A stretch of DNA of 64,000 nt from contig OZ024744.1 of the NCBI GenBank assembly GCA_964016885.1, positions 132,680,001 through 132,744,000 of the forward strand, written 5' to 3'. The notes beneath the pieces are model-generated. The model saw nothing but the letters and a program-made list of their open reading frames with translations, was not told where the DNA came from and did not search any database. This document shows, piece by piece, positions 1-12,088 of the stretch (position 1 is its first letter; each line of letters opens with the position of its first letter). The DNA comes from Eledone cirrhosa (Eukaryota). The position numbers and the translations under genes were made by a program.

Positions 1-1441
1 TTAAGTTGCGGTTAAGTTAAGTTGGGGTTAAGTTAAGTTGGGGTTAAGTTAAGTCGGGGTTAAGTTAAGTTGGGGTTGAGTTAAGTTGGGGTTATTTTAA
101 GTTGAGGTTATGTTAAGTTGGGGTTAATTTAAGTTGGGGTTAAGTTAAGTTGGGGTCAATTTAAGTTGGGGTTAAGTTCAGTTGGGGTTAATTTAAGTTG
201 GGGTTAAGTTAAGTTGGGTTTAAGTTAAGTTGGGGTTAAGTTAAGTTGGGGTTAAGTTAAGTTGGGTTTAAGTTAAGTTGGGGCTAAGTTAAGTTGGGTC
301 TAATTTGAGTTGGGGTTAAGTTAAGTTGGGGTTAAGTTAAGTTGAGGTTAAATTAAGTTGGGGTTAATTAAGTTGGGGTTAAGTTAAGTTGGGGTTAAGT
401 TAAGTTGAGGTTAAGTTAACTTGGGGTTAAGTTAAGTTGGGGTTAAGTTAAGTTGGGGTTGAGTTAAGTTGGGGTTGAGTTAAGTTGGGGTTAAGTTAAG
501 TTGGGGTTAAGTTAAGTTGGGGTTAAGTTAAGTCGGGGTTAATTTAAGTTCGGGTTAAGTTAAGTTCGGGGTAAGCTAAGTTGGGGTTCAGTTAAATCGG
601 GTCTAAGTTAAGTGGGAGGTTAAGTTAAGTTGGGGTTGAGTTAAGTTGTGGTTAAGTTAACTTGGGGTTAAGTTAAGTTAAGTTTGAGTTAAGTTGGGGT
701 TAAGTTGGGGTTAAGTTAAGTTGGGGTTAAGTTACGTTGGGGTTAAGTTAAGTTGGGGTTAAGTTGAGGTTAAGTTAAGTTGTGGTTAAGTTAAGTTGGG
801 GCTAAGTTAAGTTGGGGCTAAGTTAAGTTGGGGTTAAGTTAAGTTGGGGTTAATTTAAGTTGGGGTTAGGTTAAGTTGGGGATAAGTTAAGTTGGGGATA
901 AGTTAAGTTGGGGTTAAGTTAAGTTGGGTTTAAGTTAAGCTGGGGTTAAGTTAAGTTGGGGTTAAATTAAGTTGGGGTTAAGTTAAGTTTGGGTTAGGTT
1001 AAGTTGGGGATAAGTTAAGTTGGGGATAAGTTAAGTTGGGGTTAAGTTAAGTTGGGTTTAAGTTAAGTTGGGGTTAAGTTAAGTTGGGGTTAAGTTAAGT
1101 TGGGGTTAAGTTAAGTTGCGGTTAGTTAAGTTGAGTTTAAGTTAAGTTGGGGTTAATTTAAGTTGGGGTTAAGTTAAGTTGGGGTTCAGTTCAGTTGGGG
1201 TTAAGTCAAGTTGGGGTTAAGTTAAGTTGGGGTTAAGTTAAGTTGGGGTTAGGTTAAGTTGGGGATAATTTAAGTTGGGGATAAGCTAAGTTGGGGTTAA
1301 GTTAAGTTGGGTTTAAGTTAAGTTGGGGTTAAGTTAAGTTGGGGTTAAATTAAGTTGGGGTTAAGTTAAGCTGGGGTTAAATTAAGTTGGGGTTATGTTA
1401 AGTTGGGGTTAAGTTAAGTTGGGGTTAGTTTAAGTGGGGTT

Positions 1442-1786
1442 AACCCCAACTTAACTTAACCCCAACTTAACTTAACCCCAACTTCACTCAACCCCAACTT
1501 AAATTAACCCCAACTTCACTCAACCCCAACTTAACTCAACCCCAACTTAAATTAACCCCAACTTAACTTAACCCTGACTTAACTTAACCCCGACTTAACT
1601 TAACCCCGACTTAACTTAACCCCAACTTAACTTAAACCCCAACTTAACTTAACCCCAACTTAACTTAACCCCAACTTGACTTAACCCCAACTTAACTCAC
1701 ACCCAACTTAACTTACCCCTAACTTAACTTAACCACAACTTGACGTAAACCCAACTTAACTTAACCCCAACTTAACTTAACCCCAA
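1442..1786 (-). repeat. Inverted satellite A island, type I (~345 bp)
   Basis: Switches to CCCCAACTTAACTTAA at the palindrome GGGGTT|AACCCC (1436-1447). Contains GACGTAAACCC and exits at CCCCAAAGTCGGAGTTCAG. Confidence 0.95.
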
Positions 1787-2445
1787 AGTCGGAGTTCAGT
1801 TAAGTTGGGGTTCAGTTAAGTTAGGCTTAACTTAAGTTGGGGTTGAGTTAAGTTGGGGGTAAGTTAAGTTGGGGGTAAGTTAAGTTGGGGTTAAGTTAAG
1901 TTGGGGTTAAGTTGGGGTTAAGTTAAGTTAGGGTTAAGTTAAGTTGGGGTTGACTTAAGTTGGGGTTAAGTTAAGTGGTGGTTATGTTAAGTTGGGGTTA
2001 AGTTAAGTTGGGGTTAAATTAAGTGGGGTTAACTTAAGTTGGGTGTAAGTTAAGTTGGGCTTGAGTGAAGTTGGGGTTAAGTTAAGTTGGGGTTAAGTTA
2101 AGTTAGGGTTAATTTAAGTTGGGGTTATGATAAGTTGGTGTTAAGTTAAGTTGGGGTTAAGTCGAGTTGGGGTTAAGTTAAGTTGGGGTTAAGTTAAATT
2201 GGTGTTAAGTTAAGTTGGGGTTAAGTTAAGTTGGGGTTAGTTAAGTTGAGTTTAAGTTAAGTTGGGGTTAATTTAAGTTGGGGTTAAGTTAAGTTGGGGT
2301 TCAGTTAAGTTGGGGTTAAGTTAAGTTGGGGTTGAGTTAAGTTGTGGTTAAGTTAAGTTGGGGTTAGGTTAAGTTGGGGTTAAGTTAAGCTGGGGTTAAA
2401 TTAAGTTGGGGTTAAGTTAAGTTGGGGTTAGGTTAAGTTGGGGTT

Positions 2446-2710
2446 AACCCCAACTTCACTCAACCCCAACTTAACTTAACCCCAACTTCACTCAACCCCA
2501 ACTTAACTCAACCCCAACTTAACTTAACCCCAACTTAACTTAACCCTAACTTAACTTAACCCCGACTTAAACTTAACCCCGACTTAACTTAACCCCAACT
2601 TAACTTAACCCCAACTTAACTTAACCCCAACTTAACTTAATCCCAACTTGACTTAACCCCAACTTAACTCACACCCAACTTAACTTACCCCCAACTTAAC
2701 TTAACCCCAA
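2446..2710 (-). repeat. Inverted satellite A island, type II (~265 bp)
   Basis: Entry AAGTTGGGGTT|AACCCCAACTTCACTC; exit CCCCAAAGTCGGAGTTAAG. Confidence 0.95.
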
Positions 2711-5700
2711 AGTCGGAGTTAAGTTAAGTTGGGGTTAAGTTAAGTTAGGCTTAACTTAAGTTGGGGTTAAGTTAAGTTGGGGGTAAGTTAAGTTGGGGGT
2801 AAGTTAAGTTGGGGTTAAGTTAAGTTGGGGTTAAGATAAGTGGTGGTTATGTTAAGTTGAGGTTAAGTTAAGTTAGGGTTAAATTAAGTTGGGGTTAAGT
2901 TAAGTTGGGTGTAAGTTAAGTTGGGGTTGAGTGAAGTTGGGGTTAAGTTAAGTTGGGGTTAAGTAGAGTTGGGGTTAAGTTAAGTTGGGGTTAAGTTAAG
3001 TTGGTGTTAAGTTGGGGTTAAGTTAAGTTGGGGTTAAGTTGGGGTTAAGTTAAGTGGTGGTTATGTTAAGTTGGGGTTAACTTAAGTTGGGGTTAATTTA
3101 AATTGGGGTTAAGTTAACTTTGTGGTTAAGTTAAGTTGGGGTTAAGTTAAGTTGGGGTTAAATTAAGTTGGGGTTGAGTGAAGTTGGGGTTAAGTTAAGT
3201 TGGGGTTAAGTTAAGTTGGGGTTAACTTAAGTTGGGTTTAAGTTAAGTTGCGGTTAAGTTAAGTTGGGGTTAAGTTAAGTTAGGGTTAAGTTAAGTCGGG
3301 GTTAATTTAAGTTGGGGTTGAATTAAGTTGGGGTTAATTTAAGTTGAGGTTATGTTAAGTTGGGGTTAATTTGAGTTGGGGTTAAGTTAAGTTGGGGTTA
3401 AGTTAAGTTGGGGTTAATTTAAGTTGGGATTAAGTTCAGTTGGGGTTAAATTAAGTTGGGGTTAAGTTAAGCTGGGGTTAAATTAAGTTGGGGTTAAGTT
3501 AAGTTGGGGTTAAGTTAAGTTGGGGTTAAGTTAAGTTAGGGTTAATTTAAGTTGGGGTTATGTTAAGTTGGGGTTAAGTTAAGTTGGGGTTAAGTCGAGT
3601 TGGGGTTAAGTTAAGTTGGGGTTAGTTAAGTTGAGTTTAAGTTAAGTTGGGGTTAATTTAAGTTGGGGTTAAGTTAAGTTGGGGTTCAGTTAAGTTGGGG
3701 TTAAGTTAAGTTGGGGTTAAGTTAAGTTGGTTTAAGTTAAGTTGGGGTTAGGTTAAGTTGGGGATAAGTTAAGTTGGGGATAAGCTAAGTTGGGGTTAAG
3801 TTAAGTTGGGTTTAAGTTAAGTTGGGGTTAAGTTAAGTTAGGCTTAACTTAAGTTGGGGTTAAGTTAAGTTGGGGGTAAATTAAGTTGGGGGTAAGTTAA
3901 GTTGGGGTTAAGTTAAGTTGGGGTTAAGTTAAGTGGTGGTTATGTTAAGTTGGGGTTAAGTTAAGTTGGGGTTAAATTAAGTTGGGGTTAAGTTATGTTG
4001 GGTGTAAGTTAAGTTGGGGTTGAGTGAAGTTGGGGTTAAGTTAAGTTGGGGTTAAGTTAAGTTAGGGTTAATTTAAGTTGGGGTTATGTTAAGTTGGGGT
4101 TAAGTTAAGTTGGGGTTAAGTAGAGTTGTGGTTAAGTTAAGTTGGGGTTAAGTTAAGTTGGTGTTAAGTTGGGGTTAAGTTAAGTTGGGGTTAAGTTAAG
4201 TCGGGGTTAAGTTAAGTTGGGGTTGAGTTAAGTTGGGGTTAATTTAAGTTGAGGTTATGTTAAGTTGGGGTTAATTTAAGTTGGGGTTAATTTAAGTTGG
4301 GGTTAAGTTAAGTTGGGGTTAAGTTGAGGTTAAGTTAAGTTGTGGTTAAGTTAAGTTGGGGCTAAGTTGAGTTGGGGCTAAGTTAAGTTGGGGCTAAGTT
4401 AAGTTGGGGTTAAGTTAAGTTGGGGTTAAGTTAAGTTGGGTTTAATTTAATTTGGGGTCAACTTAAGTTGGGGTTAAGTTGAGTTGGGGTTAAATTAAGT
4501 TGGGGTTAATTTAAGTTGGGGCTAAGTTAAGTTGGGGCTGAGTTAAGTTGGGGTTAAGTTAAGTTGGGGTTAAGTTAAGTTGGGGTTAAGTTAATTTTGG
4601 GTTAAGTTAAGTTGTGGTTCAGTTAAGTTGGGGTTAAGTTAAGTTTGGGTTAATTTGGGGTTAAATTAAGTTGGGGTTAAGTTAAGTTGGGGTTAAGTTA
4701 AGTTGGGGTTAAGTTAAGTTGGGGTTAATTTAAGTTGGGGTTAAGTTAAGTCGGGGTTAAGTTAAGTCGGTGTTAAGTTAAGTTAGGGTTAAGTTAAGTT
4801 GGGGTTAAGTTAAGTTGGCTTTAAGTTAAGCTGGGGTTAAGTTAAGTTGGGGTTAAATTAAGTTGGGGTTAAGTTAAGTTGGGGTTAGGTTAAGTTTGGG
4901 TTAGGTTAAGTTGGGGTTAAATTAAGTTGGGGTTAAGTTAAGTTGGGGTTAAGTTAAGTTGGGGTTAGGTTAAGTTGGGGATAAGTTAAGTTGGGGATAA
5001 TTTAAGTTGGGGTTAAGTTAAGCTGGGGTTAAGTTAAGTTGGGGTTAAATTAAGTTGGGGTTAAGTTAAGTTGGGGTTAAGTTAAGTTTGGGTTAGGTTA
5101 AGTTGGGGATTAGTTAAGTTGGGGATAAGTTAAGTTGGGGTTAAGTTAAGTTGGGTTTAAGTTAAGTTGTGGTTAAGTTAAGTTGGGGTTAAGTTAAGTT
5201 GGGGCTTAAGTTAAGTTGGGGTTAGGTTAAGTTGGGGATAAGTTAAGTTGGGGATAATTTAAGTTGGGGTTAAGTTAAGTTGGGTTTAAGTTAAGCTGGG
5301 GTTAAGTTAAGTTGGGGTTAAATTAAGTTGGGGTTAAGTTAAGTTGGGGTTAAGTTAAGTTTGGGTTAGGTTAAGTTGGGGATTAGTTAAGTTGGGGATA
5401 AGTTAAGTTGGGGTTAAGTTAAGTTGGGTTTAAGTTAAGTTGTGGTTAAGTTAAGCTGGGGTTAAGTTAAGTTGGGGTTAAATTAAGTTGGGGTTAATTT
5501 AAGTTGGGGTTAAGTTAAGTTGGGGTTCAGTTAAGTTGGGGATAAGTCAAGTTGGGGTTAAGTTAAGTTGGGGTTAAGTTAAGTTGGGGTTAGGTTAAGT
5601 TGGGGATAAGTTAAGTTGGGGATAAGCTAAGTTGGGGTTAAGTTAAGTTGGGTTTAAGTTAAGTTGGGGTTAAGTTAAGTTGGGGTTAAATTAAGTTGGA

Positions 5701-5767
5701 GATAAGTTAAGCTGGGGTTAAATTAAGTTGGGGTTAAGTTAAGTTGGGGTTAGGTTAAATTGGGGTT

Positions 5768-6063
5768 AACCCCAACTTAACTTAACCCCAACTTAACTTA
5801 GCCCCAACTTCACTCAACCCCAACTTAACTTAACCCCAACTTCACTCAACCCCAACTTAACTCAACCCCAACTTAAGTTAACCCCAACTTAACTTAACCC
5901 TAACTTAACTTAACCCCGACTTAACTTAACCCCGACTTAACTTAACCCCAACTTAACTTAACCCCAACTTAACTTAACCCCAACTTAACTTAATCCCAAC
6001 TTGACTTAACCCCAACTTAACGCACACCCAACTTAACTTACCCCCAACTTAACTTAACCCCAA
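5768..6063 (-). repeat. Inverted satellite A island, type III (~296 bp)
   Basis: Palindromic entry. Contains the TTAGCCCC variant; exit variant CCCCAAAATCGGAGTTAC. Confidence 0.95.
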
Positions 6064-9000
6064 AATCGGAGTTACGTTAAGTTGGGGTTAAGTTAAGTTA
6101 GGCTTAACTTAAGTTGGGCTTAAGTTAAGTTGGGGGTAAATTAAGTTGGGGGTAAGTTAAGTTGGGGTTAATTTAAGTTGGGGTTAAGTTAAGTGGTGGT
6201 TATGTTAAGTTGGGGTTAAGTTAAGTTGGGGTTAAATTAAGTTGGGGTTAAGTTAAGTTGGGTGTAAGTTAAGTTGGGGTTGAGTGAAGTTGGGGTTAAG
6301 TTAAGTTGGGGTTAAGTAGAGTTGGGGTTAAGTTAAGTTGGGGTTAAGTTAAGTTGGTGTTAAGTTGGGGTTAAGTTAAGTTGGGGTTAAGTTGGGGTTA
6401 AGTTAAGTGGTGGTTATGTTAAGTTGGGGTTAACTTAAGTTGGGGTTAATTTAAATTGGGGTTAAGTTAACTTTGTGGTTAAGTTAAGTTGGGGTTAAGT
6501 TAAGTTGGGGTTAAGTTAAGTTGGGGTTGAGGGAAGTTGGGGTTAAGTTAAGTTGGGGTTAACTTAAGTTGGGTTTAAGTTAAGTTGCGGTTAAGTTAAG
6601 TTAGGGTTAAGTTAAGTTGGGGTTAAGTTAAGTCGGGGTTAAGTTAAGTTGGGGTTGAGTTAAGTTGGGGTTAATTTAAGTTGAGGTTATGTTAAGTTGG
6701 GGTTAATTTAAGTTGGGGTTAAGTTAAGTTGGGGTTAAGTTAAGTTGGGGTTAATTTAAGTTGGGGTTAAGTTCAGTTGGGGTTAATTTAAGTTGGGGTT
6801 AAGTTAAGTTGGGTTTAAGTTAAGTTGGGGTTAAATTAAGTTGGGGTTAAATTAAGTTGGGGTTAAGTTAAGTTGGGGTTAGGTTAAGTTGGGGATAAGT
6901 TAAGTTGGGGATAAGCTAAGTTGGGGTTAAGTTAAGTTGGGTTTAAGTTAAGTTGGGGTTAAGTTAAGTCGTGGTTATGTTAAGTCGGTGTTAAGTTAAG
7001 TTAGGGTTAAGTTAAGTTGGGGTTAAGTTAAGTTGGGGTTGAGTTAAGTTGGGGTTGAGTTAAATTGGGGTTGAGTTAAGTTGGGGTTAAGTTAAGTTGG
7101 GGTTAAGTTAAGTTAGGGTTAAGTTAAGTTGGGGTTAAGTTAAGTTGGGGTTAAGTTAAGTTGGGGCTGAGTTAAGTTGGGTGTACGTTAAGTTGGGGTT
7201 GACTGAAGTTGGGGTTAAGTTAAGTTGGGGTTAAGTTAAGTTAGGGTTAATTTAAGTTGGGGTTATGTTAAGTTGGGGTTAAGTTAAGTTGGGGTTAAGT
7301 AGAGTTGGGGTTAATTTAAGTTGGGGTTAAGTTAAGTTGGTGTTAAGTTGGGGGTAATTTAAGTGGTGGTTATGTTAAGTTGGGGTTAAGTTAAGTTGGG
7401 GTTAATTTAAATTGGGGTTAAGTTAACTTTGTGGTTAAGTTAAGTTGGAGTTAAGTTAAGTTGGAGTTAAGTTAAGTTGGGGTTGAGTGAAGTTGGGGTT
7501 AAGTTAAGTTGGGGTTAACTTAAGTTGGGTTTGAGTTAAGTTGCGGTTAAGTTAAGTTGGGGTTAAGTTAAGTTGGGGTTAAGTTAAGTCGGGGTTAATT
7601 TAAGTTGGGGTTAAGTTAAGTTGGGGTTAATTTCAGTTGGGGTTAAGTTAAGTTTAGGTTAAGTTAAGTTGGGGTTAAATTAAGTTGGGGTTAAGTTAAG
7701 TTGGGGTTAAGTTAAGTTGGGGTTAGGTTAAGTTGGGGATAAGTTAAGTTGGGGATAAGTTAAGTTGGGGTTAAGTTAAGTTGGGTTTAAGTTAAGTTGG
7801 GGTTAAGTTAAGTTGGGGTTTAATTAAGTTGGGGTTGAGTTAAGTTGGGGTTGACTTAAGTTGGGCTTAAGTTAAGTTGGTGTTAAGTTAAGATGTGGTT
7901 AAGTTAAGTTGGGGTTAAGTTAAGTTGGGGTTAAATTAAGTTGGGGTTAAGTTAAGTTGGGGGTAAGGTAAATTGCTGGTAAGTTAAGTTGGGGGTAAGT
8001 TAAGATGGGGCTAAGTTAAGTTGGGGTTAAGTTAATTTGGGGTTAAGTTAAGTTAGGGTTAAGTTAAGTTGGGGTTGACTTAAGTTGGGGTTAAGTTAAG
8101 TTGGGGTTATGTTAAGTTGGGTTTAAGTTAAGTTGGGGTTAAGTTAAGTTGGGGTTAAGTTAAGTTGGGGTTAAGTTAAGTTGGGGTTAAGTTAAGTTGG
8201 GATTAAGTTAAGTTGGGGTTAAGTTAAGTTGGGGTTAAATTAAGTTGGGGTTAAGTTAAGTTGGGGTTAATTTAAGTTGGGGTTAAGTTAAGTTGGGGTT
8301 GAGTTAAGTTGGGGGTAAGTTAAGTTGGGGGTAAGTTAAGTTGGGTGTAAGTTAAGATGGGGTTAAGTTAAGTTGGAGTTAAGTTATTTTGGGGTTAAGT
8401 TAAGTTGGGAGTAAGTTAAGTTGGTGATAAGTTAAGTTGGGGGTAAGTTAAGTTGGGGTTAAGTTAAGTTGGGTTAAGTTGGGGTTAAGTTAAGTTAGGG
8501 TTAAGTTAAGTTGGGGTTGAGTTAAGTTGGGGTTAAGTTAAGAGGTGGTTATGTTCAGTTGGGGTTAAGTTAAGTTGGGGTTAAGTTAAGTTGGGGTTAA
8601 GTTAAGTTGGGGTTAAGATAAGTTGGGGTTAAGTTAAGTTGGGGTTGAGTTAAGTTGGGGTTGAGTTAATTTGGGGTTAAGTTAAGTTGGGGTTAACTTA
8701 ATTTGGGTTTAATTTAAGTTGGGGTTAAGTTAAGTTGGGGTTAAATTAAGTTGGGATTAAGTTAAGTTGGGTGTACGTTAAGTTGGGGTTGACTGAAGTT
8801 GGGGTTAAGTTAAGTTGGGGTTAAGTAGAGTTGGGGTTAATTTAAGTTGGGGTTAAGTTAAGTTGGTGTTAAGTTGGGGTTAAGTTAAGTTGGGGTTAAG
8901 TTGGGGTTAAGTTAAGTGGTGGTTATGTTAAGTTGGGGTTAAGTTAAGTTGGGGTTAATTTAAATTGGGGTTAAGTTAACTTTGTGGTTAAGTTAAGTTG

Positions 9001-10874
9001 GAGTTAAGTTAAGTTGGGGTTAAGTTAAGTTGGGGTTGAGTGAAGTTGGGGTTAATTTAAGTTGGGGTTCAGTTAAGTTGGGGTTAAGTTAAGTTGGGGT
9101 TGAGTTAAGTTGGGGTTAATTTAAGTTGAGGTTATTTTAAGTTGGGGTTAAGTTAAGTTGGGGTTAAGTTAAGTTGGGGTTAAGTTAAGTTGGGGTTAAG
9201 TTAAGTTGGGGTTAAGTTAAGTTGGGTTTAAGTTAAGTTGGGGTTAAATTAAGTGGGGGTTAAATTAAAGTGGGGTTAAGTTAAGTTGGGGGTAAGTTAA
9301 GTTGGGGGCAAGTTAAGTTGGTGTTAAGTTAAGTTGGGGTTAAGTTAAGTTGGGGTTAAGTTAAGTTGGGTTAAATTAAGTTGGGACTAAGTTAAGTTAG
9401 GGCTAAGTTCAGTTGGGGTAAAGTTAAGTTGGGGCTAAGTTAAGTTGGGTATAAGTTGAGTTGGGGTTAAGTTAAGTTGGGGTTAAGTTAAGTTGGGGTT
9501 AAATTAAGTTGGGGTTAATTAAGTTGGGGTTAAGTTAAGTTGGGGTTAAGTTAAGTTGGGGTTAATTTAAGTTGGGGTTGTGTTAATTTGGGGTTAAGTT
9601 AAGTTGGGGTTATATTAAGTTGGGTTTAAGTTAAGTTGGGGTTAAGTTAAGTTGGGGTTAAGTTAAGTTAGGGTTAATTTAAGTTGGGGTTATGTTAAGT
9701 TGGGGTTAAGTTAAGTTGGGGTTAAGTAGAGTTGGGGTTAATTTAAGTTGGGGTTAAGTTAAGTTGGTGTTAAGTTGGGGTTAAGTTAAGTTGGGGTTAA
9801 GTTGGGGTTAAGTTGAGTGGTGGTTATGTTAAGTTGGGGTTAAGTTAAGTTGGGGTTAATTTAAATTGGGGCTAAGTTAACTTTGTGGTTAAGTTAAGTT
9901 GGAGTTAAGTTGGGGTTAAGTTAAGTTGGGGTTGAGTGAAGTTGGGGTTAAGTTAAGTTGGGGTTAACTTAAGTTGGGGTTAAGTTAAGTTGGGGTTAAA
10001 TTAAGTTGGGGTTAAATTAAGGTGGGGTTAAGTTAAGTTGGGGGTAAGTTAAGTTGGGGGCAAGTTAAGTTGGTGTTAAGTTAAGTTGGGGTTAAGTTAA
10101 GTTGGGGTTAAGTTAAGTTGGGTTTAAGTTAAGTTGGGACTAAGTTAAGTTAGGGCTAAGTTAAGTTGGGGTTAAGTTAAGTTGGGGCTAAGTTAAGTTG
10201 GGTCTAAGTTGAGTGGTGGTTATGTTAAGTTGGGGTTAAGTTAAGTTGGGGTTAATTTAAATTGGGGTTAAGTTAAGTTGGGGTTAAGTTAATTTGGGGT
10301 TAAATTAAGTTGGGGTTAATTAAGTTGTGGTTAAGTTAAGTTGGGGTTAAGTTAAGTTGGGGTTAATTTAAGTTGGGGTTGTGTTAAGTTGGGGTTAAGT
10401 TAAGTTGGGGATAAGTTAAGTTGGGGTTAAGTTAAGTTGGGGGTAAGTTAAGTTGGTGGTAAGTTAAGTTGGGGTTAAGTTAAGTTGGGGTTAATTTAAA
10501 TTGGGGTTAATTTAACTTTGTGGTTAAGTTAAGTTGGGGTTTATTTAAGTTGGGTTTAAGTTAAGTTGGGGTTGAGTTAAGTTGGGGTTGAGTGAAGTTG
10601 GGGTTAAGTTAAGTCGGGGTTAATTTAAGTTGGGGTTGAGTTAAGTCGGGGCTAATTTAAGTTGGGGCTAAGTTAATTTGTGGTTAAGTTAAGTTGGGGT
10701 TAAGTTAAGTTGGGGTTAAGTTAAGTTGGGGGTAAGTTAAGTTGGGGGCAAGATAAGTTGGGGTTAAGTTAAGTTGCGGTTAAGTTAAGTTGGGGTTAAG
10801 TTAAGTTGGGTTTAAGTTAAGTTGGGGTTCAGTTAAGTTGGGGTTAATTTAAGTTGGGGTTAAGTTAAGTTGGG

Positions 10875-11420
10875 GTTGAGTTAAGTTGGGGTTTAATTAA
10901 GTTGGGGTTGAGTTAAGTTGGGGTTGAGTTAAGTGGGGGTTGAGTTAAGTTGGGGTTAAGCTAAGTTGGGGTTAAGTTAAATTGAGGTTAAGTTAACTTG
11001 GGTTTGAGTTAAGTTGGGGTTAAGTTAAGTTGGTGTTAAGTTCAGTTCAGGTTAAGTTAACTTGGGGTTAAGTTAAGTTGGGGTTGAGTTAAGTTGGGGT
11101 TGAGTTAAGTTGGGGTTAAGTTAAGTTGGGGTTAACTTAAGTTGGGGTTGAGTTAAGTTGGGGTTTAATTAAGTTGGGGTTGAGTTAAGTTGGGGTTGAG
11201 TTAAGTGGGGGTTGAGTTAAGTTGGGGTTAAGCTAAGTTGGGGTTAAGTTAAATTGAGGTTAAGTTAACTTGGGTTTGAGTTAAGTTGGGGTTAAGTTAA
11301 GTTGGTGTTAAGTTCAGTTCAGGTTAAGTTAACTTGGGGTTAAGTTAAGTTGGGGTTGAGTTAAGTTGGGGTTGAGTTAAGTTGGGGTTAAGTTAAGTTG
11401 GGGTTAACTTAAGTTGGGGT
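10875..11420 (+). repeat. Local 272-bp (17 x 16 bp) tandem duplication at the end of A1
   Basis: Marker variants GTTTAATT (10891, 11163) and TTCAGTTCAG (11041, 11313) recur exactly 272 bp apart. They are single-copy at the ends of A2-A5. Boundaries are approximate. Confidence 0.85.
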
Positions 11421-12088
11421 TAAGTTAAGTTGGGGTTAATTTAAGTTGGGGTTCAGTTAAATTGAGGTTAAGATAACTTGGGTTTGCGTTAAGATGGGGT
11501 TAAGTTAGGTTTTTCGAAAACCTTATATAATCATTTTTATTTAGGTTCTTCGAAACACCTTATATAATCAATTTTTTTAGGTTTTTCGAAAAACCTTATA
11601 TAATCAATTTTTTAATACTTTTAGAAATATTTATATATGATTTCAAATATTGATTTTATTAGGTTTTTGGAATAATCAATTTTTTTTACGTTTTTCGAAA
11701 AATGTTATATAATCAATTTTTTTTAGGTTTTTCGAATCAATTCAATTTTTATAATCAAATATTTTTAGGTTTTTAGAAAAACCTTATATAATCAAATTTT
11801 TTTAGGTTTTTCGAAAAACCTTATATAATTAATTTTTTTATACTTTTAGAAATATTTATATCTGATTTCAAATATTGGATTTTTTAGGTTTTTCGATAAT
11901 CAATTTTTTTTAGATTTTTCGAAAAATCTTATATAATCAATTTTTTTAGGTTTTTCGAAATACCTTATATAATCAATTTTTTTTAGGTTTTATATAATCA
12001 ATTTTTTTTATCTGATTTCAAATATTGATTTTTTTAGCTTTTTCGACAAAATCTTATATAATCAATTTTTTTTAGGTTTTTCGAAAAA

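Larger units (their letters stand above)
1..11506 (+). repeat. Satellite A block A1: 16-bp tandem repeat TTAAGTTAAGTTGGGG (G-rich strand on +), truncated by the window start
   Basis: Continuous 16-bp periodicity with scattered substitutions and occasional 11-bp (TTAAGTTGGGG) and 15-bp units. Contains three inverted islands. Confidence 0.97.

Noticed and set aside
1436-1786. Inverted islands as sequencing fold-back chimeras
   Set aside because: The islands are not mirror images of their upstream flanks. They recur with shared lineage-specific variants and a common exit scar, which random read chimeras would not produce.
1-11506. Active telomerase-synthesised terminal telomere tract
   Set aside because: The tract is internal and interrupted by B blocks and inversions, and it carries faithfully copied variant strings. 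Telomeric ancestry remains possible.
11521-11620. TATAAT or TATA promoter boxes, and hairpin-plus-T-tract terminators
   Set aside because: These are intrinsic parts of an AT-rich repeat unit present many times over, with no associated gene.
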